DNA from: Minisyncoccota bacterium
GTDB taxonomy: Bacteria > Patescibacteriota > Minisyncoccia > Phycocordibacterales > CAJBRS01
NCBI GenBank assembly: GCA_035652395.1
Contig: DASRDX010000009.1
Location: 1-60,641 of the forward strand
DNA length: 60,641 bases
Direction: 5' to 3'
The first letter of the stretch is position 1; the number at the start of each line of letters is the position of its first letter. Under the pieces are notes generated by a model. The model was not told where the DNA came from. It did no database searches and saw nothing but the letters and a program-made list of their open reading frames with translations. A program made the translations under genes and the position numbers. This document shows, in pieces, positions 18,991-28,159 of this stretch.

Positions 18991-18991
18991 C

Positions 18992-19399
18992 ATGCAAACT
19001 ATCCGAAAATATAAAATGCCCCTCATCATCATCGGAGTTTTAATCCTAGCTTTTGTTATTTATAGTTTCTGGCACGGCGGCTCTTCCAACAATGGCGCCG
19101 TTCTAACCGCTTCCAGTCCGGCAGCCAACAATCCTCAAGTCGGGCAGGCTTTTGTTAATCAGCTCCTTACTCTGCAGGGTGTCCGGCTAAATAGCGAAAT
19201 CTTTTCCAATCCAAGCTTCAACACTCTTCAGGATTTCAGTCAGCCCGTTCCGACCGAGCCGCAAGGCCGACCAAATCCATTCGCTCCAATCGGAGTGGAT
19301 ACGGAAAACGGCCCGACTATCAATCAGCCTAGCGGTCCTAATTATTCCAATCTTAATTTCTCTACTACGCCAGCCGCCACTTCTAGTCGCGGTCGTTAA
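18992..19399 (+). CDS. Pilus-cluster membrane protein (PilP-position, GRPNPFAP motif)
   Basis: Single TM, FNTLQDFS..GRPNPFAP; sits between pilO and pilB. Confidence 0.6.
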   Translation: MQTIRKYKMPLIIIGVLILAFVIYSFWHGGSSNNGAVLTASSPAANNPQVGQAFVNQLLTLQGVRLNSEIFSNPSFNTLQDFSQPVPTEPQGRPNPFAPIGVDTENGPTINQPSGPNYSNLNFSTTPAATSSRGR

Positions 19400-19412
19400 T
19401 CGATCTATTTAA

Positions 19413-21137
19413 ATGAGTTTTTTAGACGTATTGGCCGATAAGAATATCATCTCTCCGGATGAGGTTTTGGCTATTAAGGAAGAGGCTCAAGGCCAGGACA
19501 AAAGTATTGATGAGGTTCTGCAGGAAAAAGGTGTAACGCCGGAGCAGATCCTGCAAGCTAAGAGCGAATACATGCAGATTCCGGTTCGAAACTTGGGCGG
19601 ACAGGAAATTCCATTTGAAATTCTAAAATATATTCCGGAAGAATCGGCTCTTCATTACAAAATCATTCCACTGGCGGTCAAAGATGGGGTGTTGGAGGTC
19701 GGCTTGGTAGAGCCGGACAACATTGAAGCTCGCGATGCCCTAAATTTCATTTCCTCCAAAAATAATCTGCCGTTCAAAATCTTCGTAGTCAGCGAGGAAG
19801 ATTTTGAACGCGTTCTTAATTCCTACAAAGGACTTTCCGGAGAAGTGACGAAAGCCTTAACCGAGTTGGAAGGGGAGCTTTCGGCCGAAGAAATTGAAAT
19901 TGAGAAAATAGAGAAGCGAGAAAAAGGGGGCACCAAACAAGCCAACATTATTGAAGACGCGCCGGTAACGAAAATCGTAGCCACCATTTTACGCTACGCT
20001 CTGGATGGAGAAGCTTCGGACGTTCACATTGAAGCCATGCGCGAGAAAGTCAGAGTGCGCTTTCGAGTGGATGGCGTCTTAAATACATCACTCCTTTTGC
20101 CGATGAACGTTCACTCGGCCGTGGTAGCTCGTATTAAAATTCTCTCCGATATGAAATTGGATGAAAAGCGTAAACCGCAGGACGGTCGTTTTAGCGCTCG
20201 CATTGAGGGTAGAAAGATTGATTTCCGTGTCTCTACTTTTCCAGCATATTATGGCGAGAAGATCGTGATGAGAATTTTGGATCAGGAAAAAGGAGTGAAA
20301 AAACTCGGAAGTGAGGATATGGGTCTAACGCCGAAAAATCTGGAACTGATTCGCCAAGCCATCACTCGACCTTATGGTTTGATTTTAATTACCGGTCCAA
20401 CTGGTTCCGGTAAAAGTACTACTCTTTATTCCATGTTGAATGAAATCGATAAGGAAGAATCAAATGTTCTTTCGCTTGAAGATCCGGTGGAATACAACAT
20501 TGAGGGTGTCAGCCAGTCTCAAGTACGACCGGAAATCGGCTACACTTTTGCCAATGGTTTGCGTACAACCTTGCGACAGGACCCTGATGTCATCATGGTG
20601 GGAGAGATTCGCGACAAGGAAACGGCTGCACTGGCAATTCAAGCAGCCCTAACCGGTCACTTAGTGCTCTCTACTCTTCACACCAACACCGCTGTCGGCG
20701 CCATTCCGCGTTTGATTGACATGGGAGTAGATCCGTACCTGATTGCTCCAACTCTTATCTTGACCATGGCTCAACGATTGGTGGCCAAGATTTGTCCGGG
20801 AGGGGGCAAGGAAATCCCCGTTGAAGGCAGTATTAAAGTGATGATAGATCGACAGTTTGAAGATCTGCCGGAGAAATATAAAAAGGATGTCCCAATGAGT
20901 AAAACTGTCCTAGAAGCCGTGCCCACCGAGGACTGTCCGCGCGGCACCCGCGGGCGAGTAGCCGTTTTTGAAGCCTTTAAAATGGACAAGGAGCTGGAAG
21001 ACGCCATTCTGAAAGATCCCACCGAATTAAATCTGACCAAACTTCTGCGGGAGAAAGGCATGCTAACGATGAAAGAAGATGCCATGATCAAGGCTTTTAA
21101 CAAGACCATTCCTTTTGAGGAAGTGAATACACTTTAA
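19413..21137 (+). CDS. pilB: Type IV pilus extension ATPase PilB/GspE
   Basis: ASDVHIE, PQDGR, GPTGSGKSTT, EDPVE, LRQDPDVIMVGEIRD, TGHLVLSTLHTN. Confidence 0.95.
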   Translation: MSFLDVLADKNIISPDEVLAIKEEAQGQDKSIDEVLQEKGVTPEQILQAKSEYMQIPVRNLGGQEIPFEILKYIPEESALHYKIIPLAVKDGVLEVGLVEPDNIEARDALNFISSKNNLPFKIFVVSEEDFERVLNSYKGLSGEVTKALTELEGELSAEEIEIEKIEKREKGGTKQANIIEDAPVTKIVATILRYALDGEASDVHIEAMREKVRVRFRVDGVLNTSLLLPMNVHSAVVARIKILSDMKLDEKRKPQDGRFSARIEGRKIDFRVSTFPAYYGEKIVMRILDQEKGVKKLGSEDMGLTPKNLELIRQAITRPYGLILITGPTGSGKSTTLYSMLNEIDKEESNVLSLEDPVEYNIEGVSQSQVRPEIGYTFANGLRTTLRQDPDVIMVGEIRDKETAALAIQAALTGHLVLSTLHTNTAVGAIPRLIDMGVDPYLIAPTLILTMAQRLVAKICPGGGKEIPVEGSIKVMIDRQFEDLPEKYKKDVPMSKTVLEAVPTEDCPRGTRGRVAVFEAFKMDKELEDAILKDPTELNLTKLLREKGMLTMKEDAMIKAFNKTIPFEEVNTL

Positions 21138-21155
21138 TTGTGATAGAATTATTTT

Positions 21156-21545
21156 ATGCCAGATAAAAGAAAAATTCTGATTGTAGATGACGACAATTTC
21201 CTCCTGAACATGTACGCCATGAAGTTTCAGAAGGAGAATTTTGAAGTCTTTACCGCTAATGATGGATCAAGCGCTCTTCAAAAAGTAGAAGAGGGTCTTG
21301 CTCCCGATGCCGTTCTTCTCGATATCATCATGCCAACCATGGACGGTTTGAAATTTCTGGAAACAGTTCGAGCCAAAAAATTAATTCCGCAAGCTATTGT
21401 GGTTATTTTAACCAATCAGACTGAATCAGCCGATATTGATAGAGCCAAAGAACTTGGCATTGATGGATACATTGTCAAAGCCACTACCATTCCTTCGGAA
21501 GTTCTAAATGAAGTAATGAAAATTTTAAAAGTGCGTAAAGGATAA
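21156..21545 (+). CDS. Single-domain response regulator (receiver)
   Basis: ILIVDDD, LLDIIMP.MDG, ILTN, YIVK. Confidence 0.9.
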   Translation: MPDKRKILIVDDDNFLLNMYAMKFQKENFEVFTANDGSSALQKVEEGLAPDAVLLDIIMPTMDGLKFLETVRAKKLIPQAIVVILTNQTESADIDRAKELGIDGYIVKATTIPSEVLNEVMKILKVRKG

Positions 21546-21554
21546 TTTTAGGTC

Positions 21555-22616
21555 ATGGATTACAAAAAGGAACTTGACGATTTAATAAAGACTCTGATCA
21601 CCCAAGGCGGCTCCGACCTTCATCTCTCGGAAGGCCGACATCCGACTATTCGCGTGGCCCGGGAATTAATTCCGTTGGTGAAGAAAAATGCCTTAACGGA
21701 AAAGGATACCAGCGCTTTTTTGGATATTCTTTTAAGCCCAGGCAATAAGGCACACTTCCAACTCAATAAAGAGATTGATTTCTCTTACAATTTCAATGAT
21801 CAGGCCCGCTTCCGAGGCAATGGTTTCTATCAGCAAGGGAAAGTTAGTATTGCTCTGCGCCTTATTCCAAAAAGTATTGCCTCCGTTAAGGATTTACATC
21901 TTCCTGAAGTATTGGAAACCTTCGCGCGCAAGCAACAGGGATTCTTTCTGGTAGTGGGACCGGTGGGGCAGGGAAAAACTACAACCTTGGCCGCTTTAAT
22001 CGAATTGATTAATCAGGAAAGAGCCGAGCACATCATCACTATTGAAGATCCAATTGAGTACATTTACGAACAGAAAAAGGCCATTATCGATCAGCGGGAA
22101 GTTAGGGTTGACACGGCTGATTTTAAGACAGCTTTAGTCAGTGTTTTGAGAGAGGATGTGAATGTAATCCTTCTCGGAGAAATGCGAGATCCGGAGACGA
22201 TGGCCGCGGCTGTCACGGCGGCAGAAACGGGTCACTTAGTTTTCTCCACTTTACATACAAACAATGCCTCCCAGACTATTGACCGAATCATTGACTCTTT
22301 TCCGGCCGAGCAGCAAAACCAGATTCGGGTGCAACTTGCCGGCGCTTTGACCGGAGTTTTCTCTCAGCGATTAGTTCCTCGTATTTCCGGAGGCTTAATT
22401 CCAATCTACGAACTTCTGATTGCCAACAATGCCGTGGCCAACCTTATTCGAGAAAAACGTACTCACGAGATTAACACGGTTATTGAGACCAGTTCCGATG
22501 AAGGCATGATCGATATGAATCGCTCCATTGTGGAATTGATCCGAGCCGGGGAAATTACCATTGAGAATGGTTACAAACATTCCTTTGATCCGAAAGTGCT
22601 TGAGAAAATGCTGTAG
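21555..22616 (+). CDS. pilT: Type IV pilus retraction ATPase PilT
   Basis: GSDLHL, GPVGQGKTTT, EDPIE, LREDVNVILLGEMRD, ETGHLVFSTLHT. Confidence 0.95.
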   Translation: MDYKKELDDLIKTLITQGGSDLHLSEGRHPTIRVARELIPLVKKNALTEKDTSAFLDILLSPGNKAHFQLNKEIDFSYNFNDQARFRGNGFYQQGKVSIALRLIPKSIASVKDLHLPEVLETFARKQQGFFLVVGPVGQGKTTTLAALIELINQERAEHIITIEDPIEYIYEQKKAIIDQREVRVDTADFKTALVSVLREDVNVILLGEMRDPETMAAAVTAAETGHLVFSTLHTNNASQTIDRIIDSFPAEQQNQIRVQLAGALTGVFSQRLVPRISGGLIPIYELLIANNAVANLIREKRTHEINTVIETSSDEGMIDMNRSIVELIRAGEITIENGYKHSFDPKVLEKML

Positions 22617-22680
22617 GAAAAAGCTGCTGCATTTTTCCTCACTAACAGACATTTTCTTCCAGATAAAGTAAAATAAAAAA

Positions 22681-23889
22681 ATGCTCTTCAACTACAAAGC
22701 CATAGACTCCGCTGGCTCCGAGAAAAACGGTTCAATTGAAGCTATTAATATTGATGTCGCCATTAACGGTCTGCAGCGTCGCGGCTTAATTATCTCTGAA
22801 ATCAAGCCTGCCGAAGATGCCGGTGGCCTCTTCGGCCGCAAAATCAATCTCTTTCAGCACGTCTCAAACAAAGAGATTGTTATTCTCTCGCGCCAGATGT
22901 CCACTCTTTTCAGTGCTCAAGTATCGGCGCTCCGAATTTTCCGATTGCTTTCCACGGAAGTTCAAAATGAAACTCTCCGAAATGTTCTGACGGAAGTAGC
23001 TGACGATCTTCAAGGGGGGAGCACCATTTCCAAAGCTTTAGCTAAGCATCCGAAAGTCTTTTCCATCTTTTATGTCAACATGGTTAAGGCCGGTGAAGAG
23101 TCCGGCAAACTTGATGAAACTTTTATTTATTTAGCCGATTATCTTGATCGAAATTACGCCGTTACCTCAAAGGCGCGCAATGCTCTGATTTACCCCGCTT
23201 TCGTTATCTTCACCTTCGTGGCCGTGATGGTCTTGATGCTTACCTTAGTTATTCCAAAAATCGGCAGTATTTTAACCGGTGCCGGACAACAGATCCCAAT
23301 TTATACTCGAATCATTATCGCCATGAGCAGTTTTATGGTCAATTACGGATTATTTCTGTTAATTGCTCTAATCATTCTAGGATTTTTCGCTTATTACTAC
23401 ACTCGCGGGGCGGCTGGCAAGGAAGCTTTGGGGCGAGTAAAACTGGACTTTCCATATGTCGGCACTCTCTATCGCAAGCTTTATCTCTCTCGTATCGCCG
23501 ACAATATGAATACGCTGCTCGTCAGTGGAATTCCGATGATTAAAGTTATTGAACTGACATCGAGCGTGGTAGACAATATCATTTATGAAAATATTCTGAA
23601 CAATATTATGGAAGCAGTGAAAGGAGGAAGTGCCCTATCAGATGCCATGGGAAGATATCCAGAGATTCCTAGTATTATGGTTCAGATGGTAAAAATTGGG
23701 GAAGAGACAGGGGAACTCGGGCATATTTTGGATACCTTGGCCAAGTTTTATCAAAGAGAAGTGGTAAATGCCGTGGATACCCTGGTTGATTTAATTGAAC
23801 CGGTGATGATTGTGCTTCTCGGTCTCGGCGTAGCCTTTCTTCTGGCTTCCGTTCTTATTCCGATTTATAACATTAGCTCGGCTATTTAA
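22681..23889 (+). CDS. pilC: Type IV pilus platform protein PilC (GspF family)
   Basis: Duplicated GspF domains: MVKAGEESGKLD and MVKIGEETGELG, IEPVMI. Confidence 0.95.
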   Translation: MLFNYKAIDSAGSEKNGSIEAINIDVAINGLQRRGLIISEIKPAEDAGGLFGRKINLFQHVSNKEIVILSRQMSTLFSAQVSALRIFRLLSTEVQNETLRNVLTEVADDLQGGSTISKALAKHPKVFSIFYVNMVKAGEESGKLDETFIYLADYLDRNYAVTSKARNALIYPAFVIFTFVAVMVLMLTLVIPKIGSILTGAGQQIPIYTRIIIAMSSFMVNYGLFLLIALIILGFFAYYYTRGAAGKEALGRVKLDFPYVGTLYRKLYLSRIADNMNTLLVSGIPMIKVIELTSSVVDNIIYENILNNIMEAVKGGSALSDAMGRYPEIPSIMVQMVKIGEETGELGHILDTLAKFYQREVVNAVDTLVDLIEPVMIVLLGLGVAFLLASVLIPIYNISSAI

Positions 23890-23913
23890 TCCGTTCAGTT
23901 GTCCACAGCTCCT

Positions 23914-23942
23914 TTGTATAGAGAGCTTATTTAACATATAAT
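23914..23942 (+). promoter_or_regulatory. Sigma70-type promoter of the major pilin gene
   Basis: TTGTAT-17 nt-TATAAT. Confidence 0.65.
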
Positions 23943-24021
23943 ATAGACATTAGTCGAAAACGACCCTTTGTAAAAAAAGGGATAGAAGGGTCGAATTATT
24001 ATTAGAAAATTAAAAGTTTAA

Positions 24022-24471
24022 ATGAAAAAATTCACTAAAGGATTCACCCTGATCGAACTCTTGGTGGTTATCGCCATTATTGGTATCTTAGCTTCCGTAG
24101 TACTCGCTTCTTTGAACACTGCTCGAAGCAAAGGAACGGATGCAGCTATCAAATCAAACCTTGCTAATGGTAGAGCTCAAGCAGCTATTTATTACGATGG
24201 TTCAGGTAATAGCTATGTCGGAGTCTGTACTGCCGCTACCGGTACTCAACCGATGGTTCTGGCCGCCGCTAAAGCCGCTGGAATTGCTTCTGTAGGAACG
24301 GGTGCTTACACCTCAACTACGGCAGTCTGTCATGACTCAGCCAGTGGATGGGCCGCGATGGTGCCATTGAAAAATCCTACAACTGCAGGAAACGGATGGT
24401 GCGTTGACGCAAGTGGTGCTTCCGCAGAGACCGGTGTTCTAGGTGCCGCTTCCGTTACGTGTGGATCATAA
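24022..24471 (+). CDS. pilA: Type IV pilin, probable major pilin
   Basis: G|FTLIELLVVIAIIGILA; four Cys in the globular domain; own promoter and terminator. Confidence 0.85.
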   Translation: MKKFTKGFTLIELLVVIAIIGILASVVLASLNTARSKGTDAAIKSNLANGRAQAAIYYDGSGNSYVGVCTAATGTQPMVLAAAKAAGIASVGTGAYTSTTAVCHDSASGWAAMVPLKNPTTAGNGWCVDASGASAETGVLGAASVTCGS

Positions 24472-24490
24472 TTAGTTCTGATTGATTGTG

Positions 24491-24525
24491 AAAAGAAAAG
24501 CCGCCCGTTGGGCGGCTTTTCTTTT
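24491..24525. terminator. Intrinsic terminator after the major pilin
   Basis: aaaagaaaagccgccc-gtt-gggcggcttttctttt. Confidence 0.9.
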
Positions 24526-24542
24526 TCTGTTATAATTTAAAG

Positions 24543-24962
24543 ATGAAAAGAAGCAGAGGTTTCACTCTCATTGAGCTCATCGTGGTAATCGGTATTATTG
24601 GTCTTCTGACTGCCATTGTTATAGCTAATCTCGGTACAGCTAGAGCCAAAGGACGCGATTCCAAGCGAGCGTCTGATATCAAACAGCTTCAGTTAGCTCT
24701 GGAAAATTATTTCACCAACAACCAAACTTATCCTGTTTGTAATGACACAAGCTGTTTGCCCGGCGCTTTAGCTCCAACTTATTTACCAAGTATGCCGACT
24801 GACCCAACCAATAGTGGAAATTATGTTTACGGCTACATCGGCAACGCCTCTACCTATTGTCTAGGCATCACTTTGGAAGTTCTAAATCCAAATACTCTAG
24901 GCACCAGCGCTTCCTGCAGTACCAATATCTCCGGCAATAGTTTCAAAGTTTCCAACCAGTAA
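24543..24962 (+). CDS. Type IV pilin (GspG-like)
   Basis: G|FTLIELIVV, RDSKRASDIKQLQLALE, PTDP. Confidence 0.9.
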   Translation: MKRSRGFTLIELIVVIGIIGLLTAIVIANLGTARAKGRDSKRASDIKQLQLALENYFTNNQTYPVCNDTSCLPGALAPTYLPSMPTDPTNSGNYVYGYIGNASTYCLGITLEVLNPNTLGTSASCSTNISGNSFKVSNQ

Positions 24963-25747
24963 TGTCTTTGCTCTTTCTTTTTTTATTTTTTCTTTTCGGC
25001 ACCATTGTCGGCAGTTTCTTAAATGTAGTTATTCTTCGATATAACACTGGCCGCACCGTGGTCCGCGGCCGCTCCTCGTGCCCGCACTGCGGGCACGTCC
25101 TCGGCTTCGCCGAGCTCATCCCAATTTTAAGCTTTCTCTTTCTGCGCGGCCGCTGCCTAAAATGCCGCTCTAAAATATCGTGGCAGTATCCTTTAGTTGA
25201 ACTTTTAGCAGGCCTGATTTTTGCTGCTGCCTACTTTCACTCGGCCGTGACGGGCTGGGCGATTTTAGGAATTGATTTGATAATTTTCAGCTTATTAATT
25301 GTAATTCTTGTCTACGATCTGAAGCATAAAATCATTCCGGATGGCTTAGTCTATGCCTTTATTATTATTAGTTTAATCAAACTACTGATTTTATATTTTT
25401 TTCCATTATTTATTCTGCGCCCGACCGCCCTCGATTTTCTAGCTGGACCAATTTTCTTCCTCCCGTTCTTTTTGCTCTGGTATTTCTCCGGCGGCCGCGC
25501 CATGGGTTTTGGCGACGCCAAACTGGCGGCGGGCATTGGTTGGTTCCTCGGATTTTTTGGCGGCCTCTCGGCAATCGTTCTCGGTTTCTGGAGTGGCGCG
25601 GCGCTCGGCATCATTCTTTTGATTGTTCAATCAAGACGAGTTACAATGAAGACTGAAATACCTTTTGCCCCCTTTCTCATTCTCGGTCTTCTCCTCGTTT
25701 ATTTTCTGGGATGGGACGTAACAGGACTCTCATATTTTCTTCACTAA
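24962..25747 (+). CDS. pilD: Prepilin peptidase (A24)
   Basis: GSFLNVV, CPHC, GRCLKC, YDLKHKIIPD, MGFGDAKL, IPFAPFL. Confidence 0.95.
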   Translation: MSLLFLFLFFLFGTIVGSFLNVVILRYNTGRTVVRGRSSCPHCGHVLGFAELIPILSFLFLRGRCLKCRSKISWQYPLVELLAGLIFAAAYFHSAVTGWAILGIDLIIFSLLIVILVYDLKHKIIPDGLVYAFIIISLIKLLILYFFPLFILRPTALDFLAGPIFFLPFFLLWYFSGGRAMGFGDAKLAAGIGWFLGFFGGLSAIVLGFWSGAALGIILLIVQSRRVTMKTEIPFAPFLILGLLLVYFLGWDVTGLSYFLH

Positions 25748-26391
25748 TGGAAAAGAGAACAACGAAAAAAGAAAAATCCGGACTTTTAACTTCTAAGGCC
25801 GGTTTTACTCTCGTTGAACTTCTAGTGGTCTGTGCCATCTTTGTAATTATTACGGCCGTTGTTCTGGCGCGTCAGAATCGTTTTTCCAGTGACATCCAAC
25901 TGACCAATCTGGCTTATCAAGTGGCTATCTCTATTCGCCAAGCTCAAGTTTATGGTCTTGGCGTAAAAGGCGCCAGCACCAACTTCAACACAGGATACGG
26001 TATTGATTTCACTGCCGCCTCTCCCAATACTTACCAACTGATTGCCGACAACAATCAGGATAAATTATATGATCAGGCGCCGAGTCCTGCCGATTCCCTG
26101 GTTAGCAGCTACCAACTCCAACAAGGGGCCAAGATTGATAATCTTTGTGTCACCGATGCTTACAACAGCAAGACTTGCTCGAAAGGAGGAAATCTAACCT
26201 CGCTGGATATTTTCTACCTTCGTCCGGATCCTTCTTCCAATATTAGCGCCAACGGTCAGTTTAGTGGCGGGGTCTCTTACAACAGCGCCTCCATTACTCT
26301 CGTTTCATCAATCGGTGATCGATACAAATGCGTCACCATTTATCAGACTGGCCAAGTCTCGGTCAATCCCGGTGTGGGTGCCTGTCCATGA
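25747..26391 (+). CDS. Minor pilin
   Basis: AG|FTLVELLVV; ATG 25747 overlaps the pilD stop. Confidence 0.85.
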   Translation: MEKRTTKKEKSGLLTSKAGFTLVELLVVCAIFVIITAVVLARQNRFSSDIQLTNLAYQVAISIRQAQVYGLGVKGASTNFNTGYGIDFTAASPNTYQLIADNNQDKLYDQAPSPADSLVSSYQLQQGAKIDNLCVTDAYNSKTCSKGGNLTSLDIFYLRPDPSSNISANGQFSGGVSYNSASITLVSSIGDRYKCVTIYQTGQVSVNPGVGACP

Positions 26392-26978
26392 ACAAGTTAA
26401 AAGTAAAAAATAAAAAGCTGAAAGTCCGTGGTTTTACCCTGATTGAATTAATGGTGGCTTCTACTATTTTCATTATTGTGATGGTAATCGCTATTTCTTC
26501 TGTTTTAAATATCATCAACGTTAACCGGAAGGCCCAATCACTCAATTCCATCATGACTAATTTAAGCTTTGCTCTGGAGAGCATGGTCAGAGATGTACGC
26601 GAGGGAAGCGGTTATTGCGCCACTGGCTCGTATGGTTGTCCGTCTGCCGTCAATACTTCCTCTATCAGTTTTACTAACTATCTTAGTCAGCAGGTTATTT
26701 ATAGTTATTGTGGACCAAATACCAGTAGTGTGTATTGTCCGCAAAGTCAGGCAAACGGTTATATCAGCAAAAGCATTAATGGCGCCGCCGCTTCAGTTAT
26801 TACGGCTCCTGAAGTTAATATCACCAACATGCTTTTCTCTATTAGAGGCAACGGTAGTAGTGACGGGCAGCAACCAATTATTCTTCTTATTATTCAAGGA
26901 AAGACCGGTGCCAGTCTCAAAACTCAATCCACTTTTCAGGTTGAAACTTTGATTACTCAGAGATTATTGGATTCATAA
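26388..26978 (+). CDS. Minor pilin (PilW-like)
   Basis: MNKLKVKNKKLKVRG|FTLIELMVA; ATG 26388 overlaps the upstream TGA. Confidence 0.85.
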   Translation: MNKLKVKNKKLKVRGFTLIELMVASTIFIIVMVIAISSVLNIINVNRKAQSLNSIMTNLSFALESMVRDVREGSGYCATGSYGCPSAVNTSSISFTNYLSQQVIYSYCGPNTSSVYCPQSQANGYISKSINGAAASVITAPEVNITNMLFSIRGNGSSDGQQPIILLIIQGKTGASLKTQSTFQVETLITQRLLDS

Positions 26979-26983
26979 AAAAT

Positions 26984-28159
26984 ATGTTCATAAAGTTCAT
27001 AATGTTCATAAAGTTCATAAAGTCTCAAACCAGGAGGCCTTTAAAAACCTTACAAACTTTACAACTTTATAAACTTCAATTCGGTTTTACTTTAATTGAA
27101 ACTCTGGTAGCTATCGCTATTCTAATTCTAGCCATTGTTGGGCCGCTTACCATTGCCTCAAACAGTCTAAATTCCGCTTATTATGCCAACGACCAGGTAA
27201 CCGCTTTTTATTTGGCTCAAGAAGGTATCGAATACCTGCGATATTTACGCGATGCCAATTTCATCAATCAATTATCTTCCAATGGCGCCACTTGGGATAC
27301 CGGCATGACCGGTTGTACCAGTTCATCTTTGTGTGGACTTGACTCATCTAATGTCTTTACCGGCGGTAAGATCCTGGTCACCTGTGGTAACAATATTGCT
27401 TCGTGCCCAGTGCAATACGATTCTTCAACTGGCCTATACCATCAAGGATCAGCTTATGGTACTTCACCTTTTTATAGGACTATTCAAGTCCAACAAATTA
27501 ATAGCAATGAAGATAAAGTGACAGTTACGGTCTACTGGTCAGTGGGTAATCTGAAGGCACCGGCCAGTTTTCAAATTACCGAAAATCTATTTAACTGGGA
27601 TAATCTTTATTCTGGAGCCTCTGGCGGAACACCAATGGCTAACGTTACCATTAACATAACTACTGTCAGCAACGGAACGGTTATTAGTAATCCAACTGGC
27701 ATCAATTGTCCCTCAACATGTTCAACCTCTGTAGTTACCAATAACAATATTGTGCTTACTGGAACGCCGAACAGCAGTTATGTATTTACTTGGGGGGCCG
27801 GTCAGGCTTGTTCAGGACACAGCAGTTGTTCCTTTAATCCTAATTCAAATATCACTCTGAATGCAGGATTTTATACAGGTTCTGGAACATTGTCAGTTTC
27901 GGGAGGGAGAGCTCTACAGGTCAGTGCGGATGGGGTCACTAAGTGTTCCGGTGGAAACTCATGTTCTACTTCCATTGTCAATGGGTCAGTAACAAGCGTT
28001 ACCACTTCTGCGGGTTATACCACTGGTAGCGGAGAGTTCATAACAAACTGGTCATTTGATCATTGGAATGGTGGTCCTTGCAACTCTAATTCGAACAATG
28101 TTTGCAATTTCATTATGAATGGCAATACAAATATGACCGCGGTCTATGTAGCAGACTGA
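26984..28159 (+). CDS. Minor pilin (PilV-like) with two C-terminal Cys-containing Ig-like (divergent InlB B-repeat-like) domains
   Basis: FG|FTLIETLVA; C-terminal GTVISNPTGINCPSTC..W..AC and second repeat ..WSFDHWNGGPC..CNF.MNGNTNMTAVY. Start may be 27002. Confidence 0.8.
   Translation: MFIKFIMFIKFIKSQTRRPLKTLQTLQLYKLQFGFTLIETLVAIAILILAIVGPLTIASNSLNSAYYANDQVTAFYLAQEGIEYLRYLRDANFINQLSSNGATWDTGMTGCTSSSLCGLDSSNVFTGGKILVTCGNNIASCPVQYDSSTGLYHQGSAYGTSPFYRTIQVQQINSNEDKVTVTVYWSVGNLKAPASFQITENLFNWDNLYSGASGGTPMANVTINITTVSNGTVISNPTGINCPSTCSTSVVTNNNIVLTGTPNSSYVFTWGAGQACSGHSSCSFNPNSNITLNAGFYTGSGTLSVSGGRALQVSADGVTKCSGGNSCSTSIVNGSVTSVTTSAGYTTGSGEFITNWSFDHWNGGPCNSNSNNVCNFIMNGNTNMTAVYVAD

Noticed and set aside
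23899-23907. DnaA-box-like TTGTCCACA
   Set aside because: Single mismatched copy with no cluster and no dnaA nearby; not an origin.
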